Source of the DNA: Chloroflexota bacterium
GTDB lineage: Bacteria > Chloroflexota > UBA11872 > VXOZ01
Assembly: GCA_964291655.2 (NCBI GenBank)
Contig: OZ219802.1
Location: 512,001-576,000, forward strand
DNA length: 64,000 bases
Direction: 5' to 3'
In this document: piece by piece, positions 1 to 10,348 of the stretch
How the letters are laid out: every line of letters begins with the position of its first letter
Numbering within the stretch: the first letter of the stretch is position 1
Made by a program: the position numbers and the translations under genes
The notes under the pieces: generated by a model
Database searches by the model: none
What the model saw: only the letters and a program-made list of their open reading frames with translations
What the model was told of the DNA's origin: nothing

Positions 1-30
1 ATTAGCATTTATCGCACTAAGGGAGTCTTG

Positions 31-1059
31 ATGACAAAGACCTTGCCCGCATCGGCTGAGATGGATGCAAATGAAACTAAAAATAGCGCAATTGTAGTCG
101 CCGGATTACGCAAGTCCTTCAAGGACTTAGAAGTGCTCAAGGGGATCGACCTCACGGTCGCACGAGGGAGCATTCTGGCGTTGCTTGGTCCTAACGGCGC
201 CGGCAAGACTACAATCATTCGCATATTGAGCACATTGCTGCCACCTGATGGCGGCCAGGCGCTTGTAAACGGCTTCGACGTGTCCCGGGAAGGGGGCCAG
301 GTGCGCAAGAGCATTGGGCTCACCGGACAGTACGCGGCGGTGGACGAGTATCTCACCGGGGAAGAGAACTTGCTGATGCTGGGCAGGCTCTATCGCCTCA
401 GCATTGCCGATACGAAGCGCCGTACCCGCGACCTTTTGGAGCTATTCGAACTCACCGATGCCGCCGGGCGCACGGTGAAGACCTATTCCGGCGGAATGCG
501 CCGCCGCCTCGACTTGGCGATGAGCCTCATTGCATCCCCACCTGTGCTGTTCTTGGATGAGCCCACCACCGGCCTCGATCCGAGAAGCCGTCTGTCGCTG
601 TGGGAGATGATCAAGCGCCTCTCGGCCAGCGACGTCACCATCCTGCTGACGACGCAATATATGGAAGAAGCCGACCAATTGGCAGACCAGATCGTTGTCA
701 TCGATCACGGCAGTGTGATTGCCGCCGGCACGGCAGACGAGCTAAAGTCCCGCATCGGCGCCGCACGCTTGGATCTCACAATTGCCGCATCCAGTGATTT
801 CGGAAGGGCTGAGCAAGCGCTGGACGGCCAAGCCCTGCACCTGGATAGCAAGCGGCGCTTGCTGAGCATTGCCAGCCAGCACGGCGTCCACGAGCTGAGA
901 GAGGTGCTGCAGCGCTTAGAAGAAGCCGACATAGAAGTGGAGAACGTCTCGCTGCATCGTCCCACCCTGGATGATGTCTTTCTCACGCTAACGGGAACCG
1001 CGACTACACCCCAATCCGACGATCAACCGGAAGAGGGCCAGGAGAAGGAGAGGGAATGA
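31..1059 (+). CDS. ABC transporter ATP-binding protein, DrrA/NodI-like
   Basis: Walker A GPNGAGKT, signature YSGGMRRRL, Walker B LFLDEPTTGLD, C-terminal PTLDDVF; GGGAG RBS before ATG 31. Confidence 0.93.
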   Translation: MTKTLPASAEMDANETKNSAIVVAGLRKSFKDLEVLKGIDLTVARGSILALLGPNGAGKTTIIRILSTLLPPDGGQALVNGFDVSREGGQVRKSIGLTGQYAAVDEYLTGEENLLMLGRLYRLSIADTKRRTRDLLELFELTDAAGRTVKTYSGGMRRRLDLAMSLIASPPVLFLDEPTTGLDPRSRLSLWEMIKRLSASDVTILLTTQYMEEADQLADQIVVIDHGSVIAAGTADELKSRIGAARLDLTIAASSDFGRAEQALDGQALHLDSKRRLLSIASQHGVHELREVLQRLEEADIEVENVSLHRPTLDDVFLTLTGTATTPQSDDQPEEGQEKERE

Positions 1060-1886
1060 AAGAATCAATGTCTTTGCTTGCCAATACGCAACCAGAGGCC
1101 CGTCCGGAGATCTTCTGGACGCTCGACAACTCCTGGGTGCTTACCAAGCGCAGCCTTAAACACATCATTCGCAACATCGATCAGTTGCTCTCAACCTTCC
1201 TGATGCCCGTGATGTTCTTGTTGCTCTTTCGCTACGTCTTTGGCGGCGCGATCAACACAGGGGACACGAGTTACGTCAACTTTCTGGTGGCCGGTATCCT
1301 GGTGCAGACGGCTGCCTTCGGGGCCAATACGACCACCTTCAGCGTGCTCGTCGATCTGCAGCGGGGCATAGTCGATCGTTTCCGCGCGCTGCCGATGGCG
1401 AGCTCGGCTCTGCTCGCGGCGCACGTCATTGCCGATTTGGTGCGAAATACGATTTCGGCGTTGATAATGCTTGTTGCGAGTTTTCTCGTTGGATTTCGCC
1501 CCACGGCAGATCTTTCCGAGTGGCTACTGGTACTCGGCCTATTGCTCCTCTTTACACTCGCGATTTCCTGGGTTTCGGCCATTCTGGGCATGGTCGTCAA
1601 GTCGCTGGAGGCCGCACAGTGGTCAGGTTTCATGGTGCTGATGCCGCTCACATTTGCCAGCAGCGCCTTCGTGCCTACCGCCAGCATGCCGACCGTGCTG
1701 CGCGTCTTTGCTGAAAACCAACCCGTTACCCACGTCATCGAAGCCATGCGCGCCTGGATGGTCGGCACGCCCATTGGCAATAGCGGCTGGCTGGCGCTCT
1801 TCTGGTGCACCGGCATAATCGTGATTGCCATGCCGGTGGCCACGTGGATATTCCGCAACCGGACATCGGATCCGCGCCCTGGCTAA
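1056..1886 (+). CDS. ABC-2 type permease, DrrB-like
   Basis: About 6 hydrophobic segments, GIVDRFRALP and NQPVT motifs; ATGA overlap with the ATPase gene. Confidence 0.92.
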   Translation: MKESMSLLANTQPEARPEIFWTLDNSWVLTKRSLKHIIRNIDQLLSTFLMPVMFLLLFRYVFGGAINTGDTSYVNFLVAGILVQTAAFGANTTTFSVLVDLQRGIVDRFRALPMASSALLAAHVIADLVRNTISALIMLVASFLVGFRPTADLSEWLLVLGLLLLFTLAISWVSAILGMVVKSLEAAQWSGFMVLMPLTFASSAFVPTASMPTVLRVFAENQPVTHVIEAMRAWMVGTPIGNSGWLALFWCTGIIVIAMPVATWIFRNRTSDPRPG

Positions 1887-2013
1887 GAGACACGCGATCG
1901 GTGGCGCCTGAGCGAAGTTCTTCATGTAAACCACGGGCAGAGTACATCTTTACGCCACAACGTAGTATCATGAGCGAGAAGGTGCAGTCTCGAGCAGTTG
2001 GGGAAGGCAGGCT

Positions 2014-2886
2014 ATGCGCACCATTCAATTGCCGTGGTGGGACCCGCATGGGTGGACACAGCCGCGAGCGCTCCGCCGCGAGGAGTGGGCGACCGGTACA
2101 ACCCATGAAACAACGCTGCTCGTCGCCGACAGGCGCATCCCGCTCATCGCCGGATTCATAGCCGGGGCGGGCGTATTTGCCGGTCTCTTTGCTGTGATCA
2201 TGATCCTGATCGCCATATGGCCGATCATGGTCATGCTGTTTACCCTCAACCTCGTGGGTGTCGTTTCGCTCGTCCTTTCCCACACTTTTGGCTGGGTCGC
2301 AATTCTCATGGACCTTTGGCCTGCCCTCCTGTTAAGCGGCTTTCTCGGCTTGGCCAAGGCCCGTCTCAATCTTCGCAGTGTGGAGCGTCGCCTGCGCCCA
2401 ATGCCCCTTCACTCGCGGTGGGACACGCTACCCGGCTTGCTCCTCAGCCTCATCGGGGTGCCGCTGCTCTTCTTGGGGCTTGCGGTGTGGAAAGAGTTCC
2501 CGATCATGGTCGTATACCTCTTGTTCGTGTGGCTCCTCTCTGGTTTGGTCTACGACCAGTACTGGAATATCTGGTTTCAAGGCATGCTCCAATCGTGGGT
2601 GGGTTCAGCGGTCTGGTTCCGCCGCACACTGAGCCTCTCGTACGTTCTGCACAACGATAGCGACCTCTTCGGCTGCATCATCGCCGATCTTGCCGTGAGC
2701 GAAGACGGTCACAAGGCGCACATTCAGGGCTGGTTCCGCACGCCGGAACAGGTGAAGCGAGCGCATCAAGTGGCTCGCCGCATCGTCGGCATCCGCGAGG
2801 TGGAAGTGGAAACGCTCTCATGGGACTTGCAGGATGATATGTGGGATGAGTACACCGCCACCGGCGTACGTTCCTTGGTCGTCTGA
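2014..2886 (+). CDS. multi-pass membrane protein with putative C-terminal BON-like domain
   Basis: Long hydrophobic stretches; C-terminus IQGWFRTPEQVKRAHQVARRIVGIREVEV fits the BON pattern; paralogous to 3095..4117. Confidence 0.7.
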   Translation: MRTIQLPWWDPHGWTQPRALRREEWATGTTHETTLLVADRRIPLIAGFIAGAGVFAGLFAVIMILIAIWPIMVMLFTLNLVGVVSLVLSHTFGWVAILMDLWPALLLSGFLGLAKARLNLRSVERRLRPMPLHSRWDTLPGLLLSLIGVPLLFLGLAVWKEFPIMVVYLLFVWLLSGLVYDQYWNIWFQGMLQSWVGSAVWFRRTLSLSYVLHNDSDLFGCIIADLAVSEDGHKAHIQGWFRTPEQVKRAHQVARRIVGIREVEVETLSWDLQDDMWDEYTATGVRSLVV

Positions 2887-3094
2887 CGGGAGCACGCTCC
2901 TGCAGGAACCTCCCAGCGTGTATGCCAAAATGGGAACCAGCGTTGCGTGGAGGTCTCATGACCGTCAGTCTGCCTTTTGCTTCTCTCGAACCGAGAACGA
3001 CGCAAGACTCCAATGACGAGTCCTTGAGCCAACAACACAGCGCAGGTCGATCCTTGGCCGCAATTCCGGCGAGAACATAGCTTCAGGTGAAGAA

Positions 3095-4117
3095 GTGGCA
3101 CAGCCGAACAGCCTTGGCGGCGCTGGTGATGACGCGCGCTTCCTCTCGCGCCGTGAGATAGTCTCCGCCACGGTGGCGGATGCGCTGGTAATGATTGCCA
3201 GCCTGCGGGTAACACTCCTGGCAGGCTTCATCGGCGGCGGGCTGGCGCCGTTGGCGTTTATCATACCGATCGGACTTGCCGTCGTCCTATGGCCCATATT
3301 CAACGCCTTCATGTTGGCGCTGATGGCGGGCGCCTTGCTCTTTGCCATTGTCCTCACTCCGTTGGTGATTCTCTCCGGCTTTTGGGAACGCCTGCGCACC
3401 CTCAAGATTCTCGAGATTGCAACGGGGCTCATCCTGCTGGCTGTCATTTTAGTCGGATTGCTAACTGTGCGGTCTGCGGAGCCCGGGTCTCCTCCAATTA
3501 GCCTGGGCATGATTTTTGGAGGTGTACTCACCATAGTGTCGTTGATCTTGAACACGTCGCCTATTACTCTTGGCGCGGGTATTCTGGGCGCGTTCATGGC
3601 GCTCTTGCGTCGTTTTCAGGCTGATCGCGACGCTTACTGGCGCATTACCTTAGGGCCAATCGTCTCCGGATACTTTGGCCCGCACCAAGTCTTGTCCTTC
3701 ATTGCCGTGCCCGTAGGCCTTCTGGTAGCCCTCAACGTCTCAATACAGAATGGTTGGGCGTTAGCGTTTCAGGCCTTTCCAGTCTGGATACTCTCCGGCT
3801 TTCTCTTCTGGGCGTATTGGGAGATTGCCCACAAGTACATTCTGGGCAAGATCACAGGACAGGCCGCCTGGTTCCGCAAGAGTATGGCTCTCGCGAAGGT
3901 GCTTGAAGACGATTCGTACCTTTTTGGATTGCGCTTCGAATCGGTTGGAGTTGATGTGGAACGCGGCGTGGCGCAAATCCGCGCGGAGTTTCGAGACCCC
4001 GACCAGGTTTATCGCGCCCGCCAGGCCTGCCTGCGCGTCGCCGATATCGTGGATGCCGAAGTGGTAGATACAAGTGATCCCTTCCAACGAGTCAGGAAGA
4101 AGAGTTGGGACTACTAG
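3095..4117 (+). CDS. multi-pass membrane protein with putative C-terminal BON-like domain (paralog of upstream gene)
   Basis: Shares VWxLSG, YWxI, WFR, VLxxDSxLFG and FRxPxQVxRAxQ with 2014..2886. Confidence 0.7.
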   Translation: MAQPNSLGGAGDDARFLSRREIVSATVADALVMIASLRVTLLAGFIGGGLAPLAFIIPIGLAVVLWPIFNAFMLALMAGALLFAIVLTPLVILSGFWERLRTLKILEIATGLILLAVILVGLLTVRSAEPGSPPISLGMIFGGVLTIVSLILNTSPITLGAGILGAFMALLRRFQADRDAYWRITLGPIVSGYFGPHQVLSFIAVPVGLLVALNVSIQNGWALAFQAFPVWILSGFLFWAYWEIAHKYILGKITGQAAWFRKSMALAKVLEDDSYLFGLRFESVGVDVERGVAQIRAEFRDPDQVYRARQACLRVADIVDAEVVDTSDPFQRVRKKSWDY

Positions 4118-4149
4118 CCAAGGGGTCAATCGACAACAAAGAGAGGGTC

Positions 4150-4986
4150 ATGCGCATCGACGCCCACCAGCACTACTGGAAACTAAGCCGCGGGGACTAC
4201 GGCTGGCTCACGCCGGACATGGGCGTTCTCTACCGCGACTACCTCCCCGCCGATCTCGAACCAAGCCTTGAACGGCACAGGATCGACAAGACAGTGCTCG
4301 TGCAGGCGGCTCCCACCACGGCGGAGACGGACTACATGCTCTCGCTCGCCGCTGAGAACGACTCTATCGGTGGCGTCGTCGGCTGGCTCGACATGGCCGA
4401 CCCCAAGTTTCCGCATCTATTCGAGGAATACCGCCAACAGCCTGCGTTTGTGGGAATCCGGCCTATGCTGCATGACCTGTCCGATAACGCGTGGGTGACT
4501 CAGCCTGCAGTGCTTGAGAATCTCACGCTGCTCGCAGAATGCGACTTTCCGTTTGACTTCCTGGTGCGCCCCCAGCACTTGCCCTATGTATTGCAAGTAC
4601 TTGAGAAAGTACCAAACCTGCGCTCCGTTATTGACCATATCGCCAAGCCTGACATCAAAGCGCAACAATTCGAGCCGTGGGCGTCAAATCTCACTGCGAT
4701 TGCGCAGCATGAAAACGTTTACTGCAAGCTCTCCGGCATGGTCACCGAAGCCGATCACGCCAACTGGACGCCGGCGGACCTCAAGCCGTACGTATCGCAC
4801 ACCGTCGAGTGTTTCGGACCGGAGCGCGTGATGTACGGCAGCGATTGGCCCGTCAGTCTCCTGGCGGCACGCTACGACGACGTAATTGGAGCCTTGGAAG
4901 AGACACTGGACCGGGGACTAGATGAGGTGGGCCTTGCGAATGTCTTCGGCGGTAACGCCGGGCAGTTCTATGGCATCGCCAAATAG
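4150..4986 (+). CDS. amidohydrolase_2 family protein (L-fuconolactonase-like)
   Basis: IDAHQHYW, IDHIAKP, CKLSG, RVMYGSDWPV motifs; ATG 4150 after GAGAGGG. Confidence 0.9.
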   Translation: MRIDAHQHYWKLSRGDYGWLTPDMGVLYRDYLPADLEPSLERHRIDKTVLVQAAPTTAETDYMLSLAAENDSIGGVVGWLDMADPKFPHLFEEYRQQPAFVGIRPMLHDLSDNAWVTQPAVLENLTLLAECDFPFDFLVRPQHLPYVLQVLEKVPNLRSVIDHIAKPDIKAQQFEPWASNLTAIAQHENVYCKLSGMVTEADHANWTPADLKPYVSHTVECFGPERVMYGSDWPVSLLAARYDDVIGALEETLDRGLDEVGLANVFGGNAGQFYGIAK

Positions 4987-5124
4987 CACTTTGCCATTGC
5001 CCTTGAGGGTATCCGAATTCAAACCTAGAGTGCGGTTGCTTGGCTTTCACATTTCGCGTTAACGAGTGAGCCGTTGGCCGTCGAACCCGTCACCTCAATG
5101 ACGCCATCGAGAGGTGGTATTTCC

Positions 5125-6480
5125 ATGGAAAATCGACTAAACGCAGGAGCCGCTTCTGCCAACTTGACACCCTGGCTGGGAATTGCGCTCTGCGGCGGCT
5201 TTGCCCAGCGGCAGGCCACAGACGTGCATGACGATATTCATGCCAAGGCATTGGTGCTTGACAATGGTGAGACCCGCATCGGGATCGTAGTTTGTGACTT
5301 CGTCTGTATGCCCCGGCGCATTGCGGACGCCGTAAAGGAGCGCGTGGCTCAGGCTTGCGGAATACCCCCCAGCCACTTGCTGGTCTGCGCTACGCATACG
5401 CACAGCGGGCCGGCAGTTCGCACAGCCCTCGGCGTGCGTGAAGACCCAATGTATGTGGAGCAGGTTCCTGCCAAGATTGCAGATGCCGTCCAACTGGCGG
5501 TCAAACAACTGCAGCCTGCGCGCATCGGCTGGGCAGGAGCGCGGGAAGACCGCATCAGCTTCAACCGCCGGTGGTGGATGCGCGACGGTACCGTTCACAT
5601 GAATCCGGCCAGCGAAAACCCAGACCCCGTTCGCCCTTCCGGCCCTACCGATCCTGCGTTGAGCTTCCTGTACCTGGAGGACGCGACAGGCAAACCTCTC
5701 GCGGTCCTTGCCTCATTTGTGCTCCACTACGTTGGCACCGACTCGCCGACGGCGCTCTCTGCTGATTACTACGGACATTTCACGACGGAAGTGCAGCGCA
5801 TGCTCGGGACGCAGTGCCTGCCGATTCTCGTAAACGGCACGTCCGGCGATATCAACAACAATGACTATAGCGGTAAGCGGTCGTGGAACAAGACCGGCCA
5901 CGCCCAAGCCAAGCGCATGGCCTCGGTGCTCGCGGGACACGTGCTAAGCGAGAGCCAACTGCTGGACTTGCATGACACCTGCCCGCTTAGCGCCGTATTG
6001 GAAACCGTTACCTATACCCGCAAGACAATCCTGGCGGAAGACGTCTCTGTGGCCCGGCAGATTCTGCGCGATCCCGCCGCTTTTTCGTACGATTCTGGTC
6101 CGTTTAGCTGGGTTGTCGGCCAACCGGTGCATCGACAGTTCTTGCACGTCTATGCCCAAGCATGCATCGATCTCGCCGCCCTACCTCTGGAATTAAACAC
6201 GCGCGTACAGTCTCTGCGGGTGGGTGATGCCGGTTTGGTAGCGCTCCCGGGCGAAGTCTTCGCCGAGACCGGACTAGCCATCAAGGCACAGAGCCCATTT
6301 CACCCTACACTCATCGCCGAGCTTGCCAACGACTATCTCGGCTATATCTGCCCGCAAGAGGCGCTGGAACGACAGGGCGGCTATGAGACCTGGGCCTCGC
6401 CTCATTCCATCGCCGCAGCCGGCACGGCCGAGCGACTCGCACAAGTTGCCGGTCAGCAGCTTGTCGGCCTCCGGCTCTAA
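5125..6480 (+). CDS. neutral/alkaline ceramidase-like hydrolase (paralog 1)
   Basis: ATHTHSGP, FNRR, SADY, GDIN, LPGEVF, LANDYLGY, GGYE motifs; GAGGTGG RBS before ATG 5125. Confidence 0.85.
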   Translation: MENRLNAGAASANLTPWLGIALCGGFAQRQATDVHDDIHAKALVLDNGETRIGIVVCDFVCMPRRIADAVKERVAQACGIPPSHLLVCATHTHSGPAVRTALGVREDPMYVEQVPAKIADAVQLAVKQLQPARIGWAGAREDRISFNRRWWMRDGTVHMNPASENPDPVRPSGPTDPALSFLYLEDATGKPLAVLASFVLHYVGTDSPTALSADYYGHFTTEVQRMLGTQCLPILVNGTSGDINNNDYSGKRSWNKTGHAQAKRMASVLAGHVLSESQLLDLHDTCPLSAVLETVTYTRKTILAEDVSVARQILRDPAAFSYDSGPFSWVVGQPVHRQFLHVYAQACIDLAALPLELNTRVQSLRVGDAGLVALPGEVFAETGLAIKAQSPFHPTLIAELANDYLGYICPQEALERQGGYETWASPHSIAAAGTAERLAQVAGQQLVGLRL

Positions 6481-6740
6481 GTTGAGGGGATAGGACTACG
6501 CAGCATCAAGGGGCACCGCGCAAACCCGCAGCAAGCCGAGTCGACAAGGGAGAAACAGCAAACCGCCCACTCATCTAGGCTGATGAGAGCAGGGCACATG
6601 CGGAGCAAACGCCTGCAGTGGGCGACACGACCTTCGCACATGCTCCTAAGCGAGCGCTGCACAATCGGTCAAGCAGCGAGCATCGCAGAGTTCGCGAATG
6701 CCGCTAAGAGGCTGGGAGTTGCGCGTGCAATTCCTGGGCG

Positions 6741-7391
6741 CTACGCCATGGGGTGCATGGAAAGCGCCAGCGACGCCTCGATGTTCCACACGACCTGCGA
6801 GACAGCCTGGCCGATGAGGTCCAGCTTGCGCACTTGCTCGATGCGTCCGGCCGCTTGCCTAAGTTCTTGCTTGGAGAGCAGCGTGCGGAAAATGCCGCAT
6901 GCGTCTGCAAGGCAAATTATTACAATGTCGCGCGGGTCGGGAATGACATCGCTAAAGAGCACCTCCATGATCCGCAGCTTCACTTCGCGCTCGGCCTTCC
7001 CATCTACAACAGGGTAGCGCCGCGAACGAAACACCCACAGGAAGCGATCATCCCGGCTCTCCAAGATTCCATGGGTGATGAGCCGCTTCATCGCTTTATC
7101 GCGAATGGAATAGGCATTCTCGGCTGTGTGCTCGATCCAATGGCAGATGTCGTGCTGATCAGTTGATTTTGAAATACTCTCCAGAGTTGGGTCCAGCAAG
7201 TCGTCGCCAATAGGCGTAGAATCCAACAAGGATAGCCGCTTGGGATCGGTGTCGATCCTATTCTCCAACGCAATGTCCATCAGCACTGCGCCCGCAAGAG
7301 CATAGCGGAGCGACCATTCGGGGATGTGAGCGAATTCACCGCTCTCATCGTCAAGCAAGAGGAGCATGATTTCTTCGGCAAATCTTAGCAT
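6741..7391 (-). CDS. GPP34/GOLPH3 (Golgi phosphoprotein 3) family protein
   Basis: MLRFAEEIMLLLLDDESG, LAGAVLMDIALENRI, GDDLLD, RFLWVFRSRRYP are typical of GPP34; alternative start 7400. Confidence 0.82.
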   Translation of the reverse strand: MLRFAEEIMLLLLDDESGEFAHIPEWSLRYALAGAVLMDIALENRIDTDPKRLSLLDSTPIGDDLLDPTLESISKSTDQHDICHWIEHTAENAYSIRDKAMKRLITHGILESRDDRFLWVFRSRRYPVVDGKAEREVKLRIMEVLFSDVIPDPRDIVIICLADACGIFRTLLSKQELRQAAGRIEQVRKLDLIGQAVSQVVWNIEASLALSMHPMA

Positions 7392-7709
7392 TGACTTCAT
7401 TCCTTACTACACTGTAGGGTTTGCAAATATCGTAAGACGTTGGTGCAGCCGTTGTCAATGGTAAGCGTATCCGGCCAAATGTGATTGATCGCATTTTGGT
7501 GGAAACCTAGGCTTCAGCCCATTGCATTGTTGCCCTGAATTCTAAGCTTCGCTACCTGCTTGTTCACCTGATCTTCAGCCGTTGTGCCTATGACGAGCAA
7601 TACCAGGTGTCGCCGTGATCCAATATGCTTCCGTTTGACAACATGTTGCGCTATACTTGCGTCTGAAAAGACTGAATTTGTACAAGGCCCACACGAAGGA
7701 GTGACGCTC

Positions 7710-9068
7710 GTGAGTACATCACTGCAGGCTGGCGCAGCCACGGCGAATATCACCCCATGGCTTGGCATCGAGGTTCCGGGAGGCCATCGCACGCGCTACG
7801 CCGAAGACGTCGACGACGAGCTCCTCGCGAAAGCGCTAGTTATCGACAACGGTGAAATGCGCATTGCGCTTGTCACGTGCGACCTCATCGTGATGCCCCA
7901 AGGAATGGCGGACCGGGCCAAAGAACGCATTGCCGCGCGCTGTGACATTCCTCCCGAAAACGTCATGATCAATGCCACGCATACCCATACGGCCGCCGGG
8001 GTTGCCGATCTCCTCGGTACGGGCGAGGACAAGGCGTATGTCGAGTGGGCGCCGCTCAAAATGGCGGATGCCGTGGAAATTGCCACGCAACATTTGCGGA
8101 CTGCGCGTGTTGGTTTTGCCACAGCCCATGAGGACCGCATTTCGTTCAACCGCCGCTGGCATATGCGTGACGGTACGGTGCGCATGAATCCCGGCGCGGG
8201 AAATCCCGATCTTGTTAAGCCTACCTATCCCATAGACCCTGAAGTCACTATGCTTTACGTGGAAGGGACTGACGGCCGCCCCATCGCCGCCGTTTCTAAT
8301 TTCGTGCTGCACTACGTTGGCACGGACAACGGAACCGCTATATCCGCCGACTACTTTGGGCACTTCCACCGGCTGATTCAACGCTACCTCGATCCGCAGT
8401 GTGTCGGTATGCTCTGGAACGGCACCTCAGGCGACATCAATAACCAGGACTACAGCGGCGAGCGCCAATGGACTGCAAGCGGTCACACCCAAGCCATCAA
8501 AATGGCAAACGTGTTGGCCGGCCACCTCATCACCGAGATCCAGCTCATGGAGATGCAGGACGAATTGGTGCTAGGGGCGGCAGTGGGCACGTTTGACTTC
8601 CAGCGCAAGGACATTACGGACGAGGACCTTGCCATGGCTGAGAAGATTCTCGCCGTGCCTGCGGGAACGTACAATGACTATGATTCAGGGCCGTTTAGCT
8701 GGGTGGTCGGCCAGCCGTTGCCGCATCCGCTTTCGGATGTCTACGCGGCTGAATGCCAGCGCTTGGCGCAAATGCCGCTCACGCACACCGCGCCGGTGCA
8801 AGCCCTGCGGCTCGGCGACGCCTCCATCGTGGCCTTGCCCGGTGAAATCTTTGTCGAATTCGGCCTAAACATTAAGCAGCAGTCCCCCGCGTCTCCGCAG
8901 TTCGTCGTGAGCCTGGCCAACGGCTATATTGGCTACGTCTGCACGGACAAAGCCCTGACCGAGCACGGCGGCTACGAGACCTGGGCGGGATACTCGTCTC
9001 TGGGCGGGGTCGGTACCGGGCCTGCCATGGAGCAATGCGCCCTGGAGCTTCTCGGCCGGCTTTTCTAG
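7710..9068 (+). CDS. neutral/alkaline ceramidase-like hydrolase (paralog 2)
   Basis: ATHTHT, FNRRW, SADY, GDINN, LPGEIF, LANGYIGY, GGYETWA; AAGGAG RBS before GTG 7710. Confidence 0.85.
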   Translation: MSTSLQAGAATANITPWLGIEVPGGHRTRYAEDVDDELLAKALVIDNGEMRIALVTCDLIVMPQGMADRAKERIAARCDIPPENVMINATHTHTAAGVADLLGTGEDKAYVEWAPLKMADAVEIATQHLRTARVGFATAHEDRISFNRRWHMRDGTVRMNPGAGNPDLVKPTYPIDPEVTMLYVEGTDGRPIAAVSNFVLHYVGTDNGTAISADYFGHFHRLIQRYLDPQCVGMLWNGTSGDINNQDYSGERQWTASGHTQAIKMANVLAGHLITEIQLMEMQDELVLGAAVGTFDFQRKDITDEDLAMAEKILAVPAGTYNDYDSGPFSWVVGQPLPHPLSDVYAAECQRLAQMPLTHTAPVQALRLGDASIVALPGEIFVEFGLNIKQQSPASPQFVVSLANGYIGYVCTDKALTEHGGYETWAGYSSLGGVGTGPAMEQCALELLGRLF

Positions 9069-9239
9069 CCACAGAGCTTGCAAGCGCCTGCCGCCAAACC
9101 GCGCCACATGCTGGATGTGCTGTGCCACACACTCCCAAGACTTCCCACGGCGAAACCGTTTGCAAACTATGTGCTGGATAGCTAGTTTAGAATGCACGTT
9201 AACAACCATAGAATTATTTCACCGCACTGAGAGGAGTGT

Positions 9240-10334
9240 GTGAACGTGAACGAAAGCAAAATTCGCATGGCCGTAGTCGGATGCGGCGGCATTAGTACCG
9301 GTCACATCAATGCCTATGCCCGCATGAGTGAAGCCGTTGAGTTGGCCTACTGCGTGGACATCGACGAAGAAAAGGCCAAAGCCGAGGCGGAGCGCACGGG
9401 TTCAAAGTGGTCGACGGACTATGACTCGATCCTCGATGAGGTAGATGCTGTCGATATTTGCACGCCGCCGCATCTACATGCCGCAATGAGCCTGGCCGCC
9501 ATGCATCGCAGTAAGCACGTCCTCACGGAGAAAGTCATGGCGACGACGCTTGAGGACGCGGACGAGATGATTCGCGTGGCCGACGAAAAGGACGTCAAGT
9601 TGATGGTGGCGTATGTGACGCGCTACCAGCCCATCTGGCAGAAACTCAACGAGCTGGTGACCGGCGGTGAGTACGGTCAGCCGTACATGGTGCAGGTACG
9701 CACCGAAGACAACATGGCAAATCCGGCAGGGTGGCGCAAGTCGTGGAAGACCTTTCCCATGGGCTGCCTGCTCAGCCACGGTTGCCATTATGTCGATCAA
9801 ATGGTCTGGAACCTCGGCGACGTGGTGCAAGCTACGTGCCTGAGCGACGATCGCTTCCGCAAGGACACCCTTGGCCGTGAGGATACGGCAGTCTCCATCT
9901 ACCGCTTTGCCAGCGGCGCATTGGGCAACTACGTAGCGTCATGGGGCACCAAGCACAGCGACTGCCATCTGCGCTTCGCGGTTTACCTTGAAGGCGGCGA
10001 GCTGATCCTCAGCTACGATCCTGATGGCGTCCGCCGCTTGATGCTCTGGCAAGCCGGCGACAAGGAAGGCACGCTCCTGGTTGAAGATGACCCGAGCAAG
10101 GCCGACCTCATGGATGCCTTCAGCGCGCGCAAGAACTTCGCCGGCGAATGCGAGCACTTTATCGACTGCATCGTAAACGATAAGACCCCGCTTACCGACG
10201 GCGTCGAGTCGAAGAAGTCGATGGAGGCCATTATCGCCGCCTACCACGGTGAAGACTACGGCATAATCGCCGATTTGCCCCTTGAGAACGTGCGGCCCCA
10301 GCTGGTCTGGCGTAGGACGGACGAGGTCTGGTAG
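9240..10334 (+). CDS. Gfo/Idh/MocA family oxidoreductase
   Basis: VVGCGGI Rossmann motif, ICTPPHLH, HVLTEK, GCHYVD. Confidence 0.92.
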   Translation: MNVNESKIRMAVVGCGGISTGHINAYARMSEAVELAYCVDIDEEKAKAEAERTGSKWSTDYDSILDEVDAVDICTPPHLHAAMSLAAMHRSKHVLTEKVMATTLEDADEMIRVADEKDVKLMVAYVTRYQPIWQKLNELVTGGEYGQPYMVQVRTEDNMANPAGWRKSWKTFPMGCLLSHGCHYVDQMVWNLGDVVQATCLSDDRFRKDTLGREDTAVSIYRFASGALGNYVASWGTKHSDCHLRFAVYLEGGELILSYDPDGVRRLMLWQAGDKEGTLLVEDDPSKADLMDAFSARKNFAGECEHFIDCIVNDKTPLTDGVESKKSMEAIIAAYHGEDYGIIADLPLENVRPQLVWRRTDEVW

Positions 10335-10348
10335 AGCACGGCATTTTG

